A stretch of 52,525 bases of DNA from Octopus bimaculoides (GCF_001194135.2 NC_068990.1:73743968-73796492), one strand, 5' to 3'; counted from the first letter of the stretch, positions 37,375 to 49,368 are shown. Notes: a model not told the origin generated them from the sequence alone. Translations and numbers: made by a program.

Positions 37375-38015
37375 GTCAGTAAGCTGGCAGAATCATCTGC
37401 ATTCCAAAGGCAGTGAGCTGGCAGAAACATTAGCATGCTGGGTGAAATGCTTAGCGGCATTTCGTCTGCTGTTGTTCTGAATTCAAATTCCGCTGAGGTC
37501 GATTTTGCCTTTCATCCCTTCGGGGTTGATACATTAAGTACCAGTTACACACTGGGGTCGATGTAATTGACTTAATCCCTCTCTCTGTCCTTGTTTGTCC
37601 CCTCTGTTTAGCTCCTTGTGGGCAATAAAGAAATACGAAACGTTAGCATGCCGGGCAAAATGCTTAGCGGTATTTCATCTGCCTTTATGTTCTGAGTCCA
37701 AATTCTGCTGAGGTCAACTTTGCCTTTCATCCTTTCAGGGTCGATTAGATAAGTACCAGTTATGCACTAGGGTTGATATAATCGACTTAATCCATTTGTC
37801 TGTCCTTGTTTATCCCCTCTGTGTGTATCCCCTTGTGGGCAGTAAAGAAATAAGAATCAACTGCATTCCAGGTAAAAGGCTTAGCAGCATTTCGGTTGTC
37901 TTTATGTTCTGGCTTTAAATGTTACTGGGGACGACTTTGCCTTTCATCTTTTCAGGGTTGATAAAATAAGTACCAGCTGAGCCCTGGGGTTGATTTAATT
38001 CACTTTATGCCAAAA
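37375..38015 (+). mobile_element. Meta-like SINE dimer (37407-37852) inserted into the head of an older Meta-like SINE
   Basis: 18-bp TSD AGAATCA(T/A)CTGCATTCCA at 37389-37406 and 37853-37870; the host SINE resumes after the second TSD. Confidence 0.85.
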
Positions 38016-40395
38016 TTTGAAACTATTATGAAGTATTACGTCTTTTGTTATTGCACAAAGCCTAGTTTGTTCAATAACAAAATATCCTACTTGTTGAAAT
38101 TTTTTATTTGCAGTCCATATTATAAGACTTATAGAGTTCATTTTCTTTCTTTGTATGCACTTACAACGCTGCTCAACTTGAAATGTAACCTGAAATATAA
38201 TGCTTATTTATTCACATCGTTTTGAACTAATCATTCATTATCTCATAGCTTCAAGACTTTCATGATGTGATTGTTTATTTGGAGAAGAATTTTGTAGGGT
38301 AGGTGTGAGAGGTCATATCTCACTTGTTTGAACATAAAACAGGTAGAAATTTTGGCCATTTAAATGCTGAAGTATTACTCCTATATCGATGAGCTTATTC
38401 TATCAAATGCAACGCTTCTTTACCCCCATTGTTTTGAATTAATCATGCATTATCTTGTAGCTTTAAAATTTCGATGATGTGATTGCTTATTTTTCAGATG
38501 ACATTGTAGAGTAGGTGTAAAAAGCTGGGTATGGCTGTTTAAAATGCTGAAGAGTTTAAAATGCTAGAGTTAACGGAATTTTCATAAAACTGGAAAGAGT
38601 CTTTTCAGATCCTTTGTGATAAAATGTAACTAAGTGCAGGTAAGGCAAGAAGCATTGATTAGGTATTGCTTCATGTGTTTAGTAATAGGCTGGCATCTAG
38701 AAGCAGTATACAAGAAACTCAAATAGATAATTTGTTGTTAAAAAAACATTCAGCAGACTATATGGAAATATTGGCATTATATTTAATATATAATATATAA
38801 TCACTAGATTAATATCAGACTAGTTTTCCTGACTGTATTATATTATCAAATAATAATAGCAGAGAAGATTTGGACAAATATAAGTCAGTCTGTTTGTTAC
38901 CTATTTTTTCTGTATTACTCTGCCAAAAGTTTTTATATCCAAAAGAAACTGTCATGCTAGGTTATGATATAATTAAAAATGGGAAAAAACATTGCTTGAT
39001 AAATAAATCTAACTATAATTTATTTGCTGATTAGGCTAGGATTGTTAAAAAGAATACATTTCTCTATCTTGAATGCAAATGTGGACATTGACTAGATATA
39101 GCAGAAAGAAAACCATAACACTGGCTGCACATTTGTTTTCTTTTTGTTTAGAAACCTATCTAGCCAATGTCTCTGTATACATTCAACACAAGAGAAATAC
39201 TTTCCTATATTACATTGATACAATATAGTAAGAAAATTTCGTAAGTCATTTCTATGCATCAAAATATTATTTATCATTTAATGAATTCAATGCCAAACTT
39301 TTTGATGGATGCCATTTCATAAGCCTCTGTAGTCCAAATGTTTTTGATTATCTCCAACCATTTTCAAAGCCTTAAGTGAATGAGAGGAAAGTCCATCCTG
39401 GACTGGGGTGCAGCCTATCACATGATTTTTCCAGTTAAAAATAAAGCATTAATATGACCTTTTAAAGAATTGTCAGTTTTGCAGGCAATTATTGTTGTAA
39501 AATATTTAGAGTTAGGTAGTTTGGGCCATTTAGTAAATGAACATCTGACCTCTGGACTTGTGATCTGATATATTATCATCTCAATCATGTATTCTCTTTC
39601 CTTTGTTTTCTTTTTTTATTTCACACATTGTCTGAAACACTGGAAACAGAATAATAATTTTTTAAAAATAACAGTTGAAATTAAATTAGAGTTTACATCT
39701 AATGTATAATTTCACCTATTTAATGTATAGTCAACAATCAATTTGTAGGTTATCAGTTGCAGTGAATTTTCAATTCACAAGTAAAGAAAATAATGCACTT
39801 TTGCATAGTGGATAGTGTTGGAGCTGATGCTGTATTTGAATCTTATTGGTGATGTCTGGTGCTGTGTCCGTGTGATGAAGCTTACAGTGGAAACACGTAA
39901 TTCTCTGTCAGTCCCACTGCATAGCTCTTTCGTTAAGTTGTGCCTTCTTCAATTGTTCTGAGTTGACCAATGCCTTAAGAGTGAATTTGATAGATAGAAA
40001 CAGTGTGTGTGCATGTGCGCGCACACGTGTGTTTTGTGTGTGTGTGTGTGTGTGTGTGTGAAAATGTGTTAGAGTTGATATTTCGCTTGTTAACAAGCGA
40101 AATTCATTGAAAATATTTAGCATTAAATATATAAAATTGTGGAATGAGATGAAGGACATGGTGAGGTGAGAAATTCAACAGCAACACTCCACAAATATAT
40201 ATTATTGGCAAGTGAAAATGGAGATATTTTGGGTCACCAATTTAATATTGAAATGCCACTAATATATAACTGTAGACTGTCGACATTGTATAGTGAAAAA
40301 TTCAACAGCTACATTTCACATATATATATGATTGTGGAGTGTGAATGACAATGTTCTGAAGTCCTAGAAATTGAATTGTAACACTCCAAATATAT

Positions 40396-40602
40396 TCTTT
40401 TATTTTTTTACTTGTTTCACTCATTAGACTGTGGTCATGCTGGGGCACTGCCCTTGAAGGATTTTAGTCAAATAAATCGACCCCAGTACTTATATTTTTA
40501 AAGTCTGGTACTTATTCTATTGGTCACTTTTGCTGAACTGCTAAGTTGCAGGGACATAAAAGCATGAAAATCAGTTGTCAAGTGTTGGAGAGGTACAAAT
40601 AT

Positions 40603-40644
<42 letters not shown>

Positions 40645-40768
40645 CGGGCTTCTATTAGTTTCTGTTTACCAAATTCATAGATAGGATTTTGGTTGGTATA
40701 TGGCTATAGTAGAAGACACTTGCTCAAGGTGCCAAACAGTGGGACTGAACCCAGAACCATGTGGTCAT
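40396..40768 (-). mobile_element. CORE-like SINE
   Basis: ttgtttcactcattagactgtggtcatgctggggcac tail, internal (CA)n, gaagacacttgctcaaggtgcc..gggactgaacccagaaccatgtgg head. Confidence 0.8.
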
Positions 40769-40855
40769 GCCTACCACAAGGTCATGCCTACCACATGGTC
40801 ATGCTTATGCCTATGCCTATACATACATGCATACATACATACATACATACATATA

Positions 40856-41936
40856 CACAGACAGGCAGGAAGTAAATAGACACCTTTAATTTTTTTAATT
40901 TCTGATCTAAGCGTCTCAATATGTTTTCAGCGGTGTAGAATTTGTAATGTAATTATTCTTTTTCATTCAAGGTGCCATTATATTAAACATTNNNNNNNNN
41001 NGGCCCTCAGAAAGGAAGCTTCGCTGTTTGAAGAGAATTGTGGAAAATGAACCCCGTTCGAAGGCTTCTGACATTGCAGAACAGCTAGAAGCTAGTCCAA
41101 GAATGTGTGCTACAGATCTGCATAAGCTTGGGTATTATGGATGAGCAGCTATAAGAAAACCTCTCTTTCAACCAATTAATACCATGAAAAGAAAGAAATG
41201 GGCTCAGGAGATGTCACAAAAATCCAGTTCATTTTGGGAAAGAGTGATTTTCTCAGATGAATCCAGATGTGCATTACTTTCAGACAGTGGATGTGTTTTG
41301 ATCTGGAGGCTTCACAATCAAGAATTTGATTTGAAATGACTCCAACCAACTGTGAAACATGGCAGTATCTTTGTAATGGTATGGGGAGCTGTCACCAGCA
41401 ATAGTTGTTCTGAGCTGACCGAATGTGTCGGAACCATAAACTCTGAAAAATACATCGAAATACATAAGCAAGGATTACTACCGATGTATTCACACAATAA
41501 CATAATGGAAAATGAGCTTTTATTCATGGAAGATGGGGCTCTTTGCCACACAGCAAAAAGGAATCAGCAATGGCTCACTGAAAATGGGATCAGAATGCTT
41601 CCTTGGCCGAGCCAATCTCCTGACATGAACCCAATTGAAAATCTTTGGAGCATACTAGATAGAGCTATACGAAAAACTTGGCAGAAACCTAAATCTAAAG
41701 ATGAATTGTTTCGATTGTTGTGTGAAAAGTGGGCAGAAATTCCACAAGAGACAATTACAAACCTCATCAGTTCAATGCCAAAAAAGAGTTTCTGAATTAA
41801 AAACTGCAAAGGAAATGTCAACTAAATACTAAAGTATATAGTCCTACTTATCGATTACATTTCAATTGTTTGCTTTGTGTATTAAATAAAAGATTTTGAA
41901 AATTAAAGGTGTCTATTTACTTCCTGCATGTCTGTG
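40856..41936 (+). mobile_element. Tc1-family DNA transposon (DD34E) with 38-bp TIRs and TA flanks; contains a 10-N gap
   Basis: TIRs CACAGACA(G/T)GCAGGAAGTAAATAGACACCTTTAATTTT at 40856-40893 and 41899-41936 (37/38 match), TA at 40854-40855 and 41937-41938. Confidence 0.95.
41004..41832 (+). pseudogene. Tc1 transposase pseudogene (DD34E)
   Basis: One frame reads ...LGYYG*AAIRKP..W..VIFSDES..K*LQPTVKHG..VMVWG..FMEDGA-(34 aa)-NPIENLW; TGA at 41142 and 41337; one extra A in the run at 41780-41785 disrupts a C-terminus that would read MPKRVSELKTAKEMSTKY*. Confidence 0.93.
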
Positions 41937-42004
41937 TATATATATCAGAGGTGACTCCAGGTCAACAGTGTAACTCAGGCTCATCACAGATTTTGCATAA
42001 GTCA

Positions 42005-42473
42005 TTTAACTGCAGCAATGCTGGAGCACCACATTGAAATGTTTTTTGTCGAGCAATTCAACACCAGGACATATTTTTAAGCCTAGTACTTATTCTATCG
42101 GTGTCTTTGCTGAACTGCTAAGTTACAGAGATGACGACACACCAATACTGGTTGTCAAGCGATGATGGGGGACAAACACAGACACAAAGACACACCCACA
42201 CACATAAAATAATATACATATAAAATAAACACACACAACATGGACTAAAATCTTATGAAAATACATAATTACAATAATTTCAATATCATGATTAGTGAAA
42301 GGAAAACTGGTTGACAAACAATACTCTTTCACTTATAAAATATATCAAAAAATATATTAAAACTATGTAAACTGTGTGCATTTTCCTGCTTTTATTTTAT
42401 ATATATATATTTTTTGCATTACAACTCATCATGTGGGAATAATCAAAATTCTCCTCCTCCTTTTTTGTTACTG

Positions 42474-42520
<47 letters not shown>

Positions 42521-42672
42521 GATGGGCTTCTTTCAGTTTCTGTCTACCAAATCGACTCACAAGGCTTTGGTTGGCCTGAGGCTATGGTTGAAGACACTTG
42601 CCCAAGATGTCATGCAGTGGAACTGAACCCAGAACCATGTGGTTAGAAAGCAGGCTTCTTACCACACAGCCT
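42005..42672 (-). mobile_element. CORE-like SINE split by an enlarged AT-rich middle region
   Basis: Tail half at about 42005-42200, head half at about 42520-42672 (gaagacacttgcccaaga..ggaactgaacccagaaccatgtgg). Confidence 0.75.
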
Positions 42673-42759
42673 TGGGTGTGGTTTGCTTATCAAAGACAGT
42701 ATATGTTGGGTGAATCTGAGGGTGAACCTAGCCAGTGTAAGATTGTTCAAAATCTTAGG

Positions 42760-43053
42760 CATTCCTCTTGCTGCAGTTGACTGAGTGATGGCACAATTTA
42801 CCAGCAAAGGAAATCAATCAATGATAGCATCTTATTCAGGTTGACCTGAGCCCTCCGACAGGTGTCTTCAGGCTGTCAAGTGGGTTGTTGAAAAAGAATC
42901 CACCGTTGTAAGGTAAGTTTATGCTTTAGAGCAACTCCACAGGAGTTGGAATACTTCTGTGAGGTGTCTCCAGCAACTTGGTTACTATGGCAGAGGTGCT
43001 TGAAGGAAAGCTCTTCTTCGACCAGCAAATATTCATAGAAGGGAAGAGAAATA
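42760..43053 (+). mobile_element. Second, more diverged Tc1 transposase N-terminal relic
   Basis: PEPSDRCLQAVKWVVEK...EQLHRSWNTSVRCLQQLGYYGRGA*RKALLRPANIHRR aligns by eye with the RKLRCLKRIVENEP...LHKLGYYG*AAIRKPL segment of the 41-kb element. Confidence 0.75.
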
Positions 43054-43098
43054 AACCTTTCAAAAATTTCCTCCTCCTCCTCCTCCTCCTCCTCCTCC

Positions 43099-43143
<45 letters not shown>

Positions 43144-43199
43144 CCACCACCATCATCATCATCATCATCATCATCGTCACCACCACCACCACCACCACC

Positions 43200-43370
43200 A
43201 CCATCATAATCATTTAGCATTCTTTTCCCATGCTGGCATGGGTTGGACCATTTGACAGAAACTGGGCCAGCCAGAGGGCTGCACCAGGCTCTAGTCATCT
43301 GTTTTGACATGATTCCTATGGTTGGATACCCTTCCTAAAACCAACCACTTCATAGAATGTGTTGGTTGCT
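43200..43370 (-). mobile_element. RTE-tailed retroposon 3' part with an expanded (CAT)/(CCT) tail at 43065-43210
   Basis: catttagcattcttttcccatgctggcatgggttggacc...ggttggatacccttcctaaaaccaacc. Confidence 0.75.
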
Positions 43371-44970
43371 TTAAAGATGGTGTCAGGGTGTCTATGTACT
43401 TTTGAGGTATTCATGTACATCATTGTGAAGTAAACTTGGGTACATTGCAATGTTGAATATTTAATAAACCATACTCCACAAATATACATGTTTGCAATGC
43501 GACAACGAAGATAGCATGAAGTTATAAATCTAATGCTATACACTGGAAGCATATATGACTGCTGAGTGGGAGGAAGCTTTTTGGAATGGTTACGGGGAGA
43601 TATGGGGATATTGTGAAGTCACAAATTCTTTGGCAACACTTTGCAAATATGTGATTGTGAAGTGAGAATGGGAACATTGTCAATTCATAAATTCTATGGC
43701 AACACTTCACTAATATACGTGCGTATGTGATTGCAAAGTCATAATACGAGGATGGATGCAGTGTGAAGTCACAAATTTTTACGGCAATTCTCAAATAATT
43801 CAGAAACAAAGATAAAACAAATTGTTTTTCTAGTGATAACAGATATATAACATATACAAATCCTCATATTATATATTCCTTAATATAACTCAATAATGTA
43901 TAATATAATATATAAGATAATAATTTATAAACAAGTTTTGATATCTAGTATGAAATAATACAAGAAAAATATTTTTTTAAAAATACAACAAAAAACTAAA
44001 AAAATATATACGCAAAACAAATAATAAACAAAATACAAAACATCATGAATAGATTTATATGTAATATTTCATCATTGTGAATATTTTAAACAGATGAAAA
44101 AGAAAAGTAAAAAAAAGAAAGAAAAGAAAAATAGAAAAAAATGATGAAATAATAATAATATTGTAGGTTTAGTTTGTATGATACCATTTTTCATTCTTTG
44201 GTTAAATTGACTAGACATAAATAGAACACTATAAAATCAATAAGTGGAGATAAACAGAGTCTCATATTAAAGTCACTCACCCTTCAACTCTGTTGTTCCT
44301 TTTGAATTTGTAATCAAATTGTTGCTCCTTTGCCTACCAGAGAGGTTTTGGCAAATATTGTGTAGATACACTGTGTCATATCAAACATGATATTGTTGTT
44401 AGGATTCCTAGCTTTGTTCAAATGTTTCCTTCCATGGAAATATTTCTTTCTTTCTTTCTGTTTTCTGGGTTTTTTTGGGGGTTTTTTTTTGTTATACTTG
44501 TTCACCCCTTTTTCGATAGCTTCATTCACAGTGTGTATCTGCACATCACATGTAGAAAAACCACCTGTTAGTCTCTTTGTAATGTAGTCATCAGTTTAAA
44601 TCCTTACATATATTTTCACTACTACTACTACTACTACTACTACTGTTCATCCATTTCCCACACCCCACCCGTCCCGTACATGTGGGTTCTGAAAAGTGAT
44701 GGTATATTATGGTCTTGTACCCATTTTGCCTTTCCTTTTATATGTTTCAATCATTGAAACGCGGCCATGCTGGGGCATCACCCTGAATAATACGTTCCAA
44801 CAAGGATTTTCAAAGCGTTTTGTTGATTGTGCCATTATAGCCATAACCCCCTCCACCCCGGCCCTTACCCCACCCTGCGTAAACTGCAGCCCAGTTCCAG
44901 ATCATTATGATTTTATTAAAAAATTTTGACACCTCATAGAATATACAGAAAGGCAGTTGGCCTCCGTGCT

Positions 44971-45420
44971 GGTGGCACATAAAAAGCACCATTCGTGCAT
45001 GGTCGTTGCCACTGCCACCTCACTGGCTCCTCTGCAAGTGGCATGTAAGAAGCACCATTCGAGTGTGATCATTGCCAGTGCCGCCTGACCGGCTCCCATG
45101 CTGGTGATATGTAAAAAGCACCATTTGAGTGTGGGTGTTGCCAGTGCTGCCTGATTGGTTTCGGTACCGGTGACATGTAGAAAGTACCATTCAAGCATGG
45201 TCGATGCCAGTACCACCTGAATGGCCCTTGTGCCGGTGGCATGTAAAAAGCACCCACTACACTCTTGGAGTGGTTGGCATTAGGAAGGGCATCCAGCTAT
45301 AGAAACATTGCCAGATCAGATTTGAGCCTTGTACAGCCTTCTGGCTTGCCAGTCCTCAGTCAAACCGTCCAACCCATGCCAACATGGAAAGTGGACATTA
45401 AATGATGATGATGATGAATC
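44971..45420 (+). mobile_element. RTE-tailed retroposon with four complete 66-bp 5' monomers plus body
   Basis: Monomer starts at 44971, 45037, 45103, 45169 and 45235; body ggttggcattaggaagggcatccagc; tail ggacattaaatgatgatgatgatg. Confidence 0.9.
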
Positions 45421-45489
45421 TAACAGTTTTTTAAAAATCTTTTCCTTGTTTCAGTCATTGAACCGTGACCATGCTGGTAGCACTACTTT

Positions 45490-45581
45490 GACAGATTTCA
45501 TCAGCCAAATCAATCTCAGTACTTATTTCTTTTTTATGCTTGGTACTTATTCTGTTGGTTACTTTTGCTGAACTACTAAGT

Positions 45582-45619
<38 letters not shown>

Positions 45620-45825
45620 TCCCTCTGACATCGCTTGACCACTGATGCTGATGTTTATGTCCCCATATCTTAGCAGTTTGGTGAAAGAGACCAATAGAAT
45701 AAGTACTAGGCTTACAAAGAATACGTCCTAGAGTCGATTTCTTCGCCTAAAACCCTTAAGGTGATGCTTTAGCATGGCTACATTCAAATGACTGAAACAA
45801 GTAAAAAAAATAAAAGAAATATTCC
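45490..45825. mobile_element. Two opposed CORE-like SINE 3' halves around a (TG)n tract
   Basis: Minus-strand tail near 45445-45585 and plus-strand tail at 45615-45810. Confidence 0.65.
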
Positions 45826-46621
45826 GCTGCATTCAATGAAGTGCACATCACAGCATACTTTGCATAGAGATTCCTTCAGTTTTTCTTTTGTGAGCACACT
45901 TACTGCTCCGCTGCTTTTCAAGAAGTAGAGGCAAGCCACTTTTCTCCTCAGACAAGAAAATACACAGTTCTGTGATGTACTACTGCCATGTTTCCTTCTC
46001 CTGCTCACTTTTAACCAATTCCTAAAATTACATATAATGCTGATGATACAGATGATAATGATGATGATGCACTAAGTTTCTTGCTCAGCAAAATGTATTT
46101 GTGCGTGCGTGTTTGTATATGCTTGTGCATGTATGTATGTGTGTGTGTGTGTGAGAGAGAGAGAGAAAGAAAGAGAATGTTGTAGATGTGTTGCTATTTT
46201 TGTTATTGTTATTGTGTATTCTTACATACTTGTTTATTTGCTTGTGTGTGTATGTGCGTGTGTGTGTGTGTGTGAGTAAGAGAGAGGGAGAGAGAGAGAA
46301 AGAAAGAAACAGAGAGAGAGAGAGAGAAAGAAAGAGAGAGAGAAAATGTTGTAGGTGTGTTGTTATTTTTGTTATTGTTACCAAACTTGTTAGAAATGTC
46401 CTCTCCAATGTTGCTGTCTTCAGAATTGTATTTACTCTCTTCTTTCAGAATGTGATGTGTACTCTGCCAAATACGTCATATTCTCATTTTTTTTTGTTCA
46501 TTCTTAGCATCCATAAAAAAGGNNNNNNNNNNNNNNNNNNNNNNNNNNNNNNNNNNNNNNNNNNNNNNNNNNNNNNNNNNNNNNNNNNNNNNNNNNNNNN
46601 NNNNNNNNNNNNNNNNNNTAT

Positions 46622-46716
<95 letters not shown>

Positions 46717-46875
46717 TGACGATGTTTTTTTTTACATAACTTCATTTTATTTTGAAATTGAACAATCTGGTGTGTTTAGTTCAATGGCCTATCAATGTAT
46801 AAAGTGAGTGTCTTTACTTCGAGAGTCAGGAAGACAACTGGTAGGAAATGGAAACAAAATTGAAAGAAGGAAAAC

Positions 46876-46924
<49 letters not shown>

Positions 46925-46926
<2 letters not shown>

Positions 46927-47230
46927 GGAAATCACTGTTAGACTGAAAAGAGAAAGGGGAGCTTAAAAGTGAACAAAAATACAGGGCGCTGAAAAGGAAG
47001 TATAATATCGAAAGAAAGGGTCTGAAAGTAGTAGTGGAGGAACTGAAACAGTGCCTCGTTGCAAAGAAAGCAAAGATGGTAAGATATGAACAAATAAAGA
47101 AGGGGTACCACCAGAAGAGGTTATTCAGAGAGGATCAAAAGAGATTCTATAAAGAAATAAATGGAGGATGTACAGATGAAAAGTTGATACCAGAGAACAT
47201 TGAAAGTCAAAGGTTTTGGAGTGAGATCTG
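46925..47230 (+). mobile_element. R4/Dong-type LINE fragment (region N-terminal to RT), preceded by (TAA)n
   Basis: KRKYNIERKGLKVVVEELKQCLVAKKAKMVRYEQ..YHQKRLFREDQKRFYKEING..ESQRFWSEIW resembles the pre-RT EELKQ..RY..QN.LF..DQK.FY..FW..IW pattern of R4-clade ORFs. Confidence 0.8.
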
Positions 47231-47234
47231 GAAA

Positions 47235-47380
47235 GTGCTCAACTGGTACTTATTTTATTAACTGAATAATGGAAGGCAAACTAAACCTTGGCAGATTTTG
47301 AACTCAGAATGCCAAAACTGAAGAAATTTCACTAAACATTTTATCTGGCATGCTAATGCTTCTGCTGGCGTTTTTTAGTC
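47235..47380 (-). mobile_element. Meta-like SINE, degraded
   Basis: caactggtactt...aatggaaggcaaactaaaccttggcagattttgaactcagaatg. Confidence 0.7.
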
Positions 47381-47809
47381 AGAAGCTCACCAGAAATGTA
47401 ACAAAAGTTATGTAGGCTTGCTGCACATCTAGAAGACATTTTTGCTTGGAATGGTGCGTGATCTGTAAGGAAAGGGGGAAAAAGGACATTATTTAACTGC
47501 AAATATTTGATTTACCATCTAAATGTATGCATAATATCATTGAAGACACATTGAAATGTAACATATGATACAATAAAACAATGTGAGTAATGTATATACA
47601 CTAATAAAAGGGTATGAGGAAATAGACTGAAATAAAAAGAAAATAAGATACGTTTTAACTTAAGCAATGTGACCTTGTAAAGCTCATCTTTCACTCGTCA
47701 CTGCTTGTGGGTGACTGAAGCTATATTGATGCAGGCACCTCCCTGTGTAGCTGAAGTGGTCTAAATGCTGCCAGATGTTTATGTATCAAAATTACTGTTA
47801 TATATTCTG

Positions 47810-48120
47810 TTATATATGGAAGAGTCATACAACAAATGCTGACTTATACCAAGGACTACCAAACAGTATAGAAGGATGAGGCTAGCTGGACACTGCATCA
47901 GGCACACCGATGAAATTGCTAACAAGCTAGGGCTCTGGCAATAAATGGAAGGGAGAACCAGGAGAGGAAGGAGGAAGACGACCTATATCGACAACTTGCT
48001 GGAGAATACTGATATGGAAGGGGTACAGGAGCTTAGGATCATTATGGAAGATTGGGATGAGTGGGAAAAATGTGAGGAAACAGTCTTATGGTGTCCTGAG
48101 GGATGACCTAGATAGATAGA
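47810..48120 (+). mobile_element. RTE-clade LINE ORF 3' end
   Basis: WKSHTTNADLYQGLP..RRMRLAGHCIRHTDEIANKLGLWQ*MEGRTRRGRRKTTYIDNLLENT, followed by a (TAGA)n tail. Confidence 0.85.
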
Positions 48121-48430
48121 TATTAGTAATGATAAAAGACAATAGTCAAATTTAGGCATGATGGTAAAATGCAATGACTGATTTTGTGAAAAAAAACAGT
48201 AGATGATAGGTTTTCTTTGTAAGTTTTGAAATCAGCTGGTAAAAATTGATGAATTTCACACAATAAATTTGAAAAAGTATTTGGTCGCTTACCTGTGTTA
48301 TGAGACCATTCTTTTGAACATTTATTAACTTAGAATATTTCTGCACTTGTCTTTCATGTCCTCCCTTAGTCTTTATGATATAAGAGAAATACTTGTCACA
48401 TGTTCATGTGTGTGTTTGTGTGTGTGTGTG

Positions 48431-48478
<48 letters not shown>

Positions 48479-49320
48479 ATACACACACACACACATATAT
48501 ATATATATACACATACACACATTAATATAAACACTACTATTGATTTTTAACTATAAATAACTTAGAATTAAATACTTTTTATGGAACAGACTAAAAAAAC
48601 TTAGTATTTTAGTAAATTAATAAAGAGAAACTTTTTTTTTTATTATTTGATTTAAGAACAAACAATTTCAAAATACCAATCTTGGATATTGTCTGAAATT
48701 TCATATAGACATCAGTAAAGTCTACATTTAAAATTGTTGTATGCTTAGTGAAATAAAAGTTTATTATGACTAGATGTAGATAATTAATTTCATGTCATAA
48801 TGCAATTACTAAACACAGTAATTAAAATATTACTAAAGAATCATGTAAAATTTTATTTTATTATGTGACGCAAAAAATATTTTGGAGAATGGTTAAGCTA
48901 TACAAAAATATCTCTGCAAACATTCTAATGCTGTTATTTTTGAAGCAGGCCAAGTACATCACAGTGCTATGAAATAGTACAGTGTATTGGCAGAATTCAT
49001 ATTGCATTGGAGAAAATGGTTTAAAGTATTTAGTTACAGTATATTACATTCTGAGCACAAATTCTGATAGATCCAACCTTGCATTTTCTCCCTCAAGGGT
49101 TGGTGATATAAAGTACCAGGCAAGTATTAGGCCAATAAAATTGACTGTAACCTTCTTTAACCTTCTTACAAATGACATATGCCTATGTTATAAATCAACA
49201 TTTAGTGATATTGCCTTTCCACCTTCTGTGTTCACATCCTATAGGAATCATTGTTGTTTTTTGTTAGTTGCAGGGTCAATAGAATAAGCATCAATGATTG
49301 TGGTTAATAATAATAATGAC

Positions 49321-49368
<48 letters not shown>

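Noticed and set aside
42840-42918. Plus-strand exon ending at AAG|GTAAGT
   Set aside because: Better explained as part of the degraded Tc1 relic; stops in all frames from the nearest acceptor.
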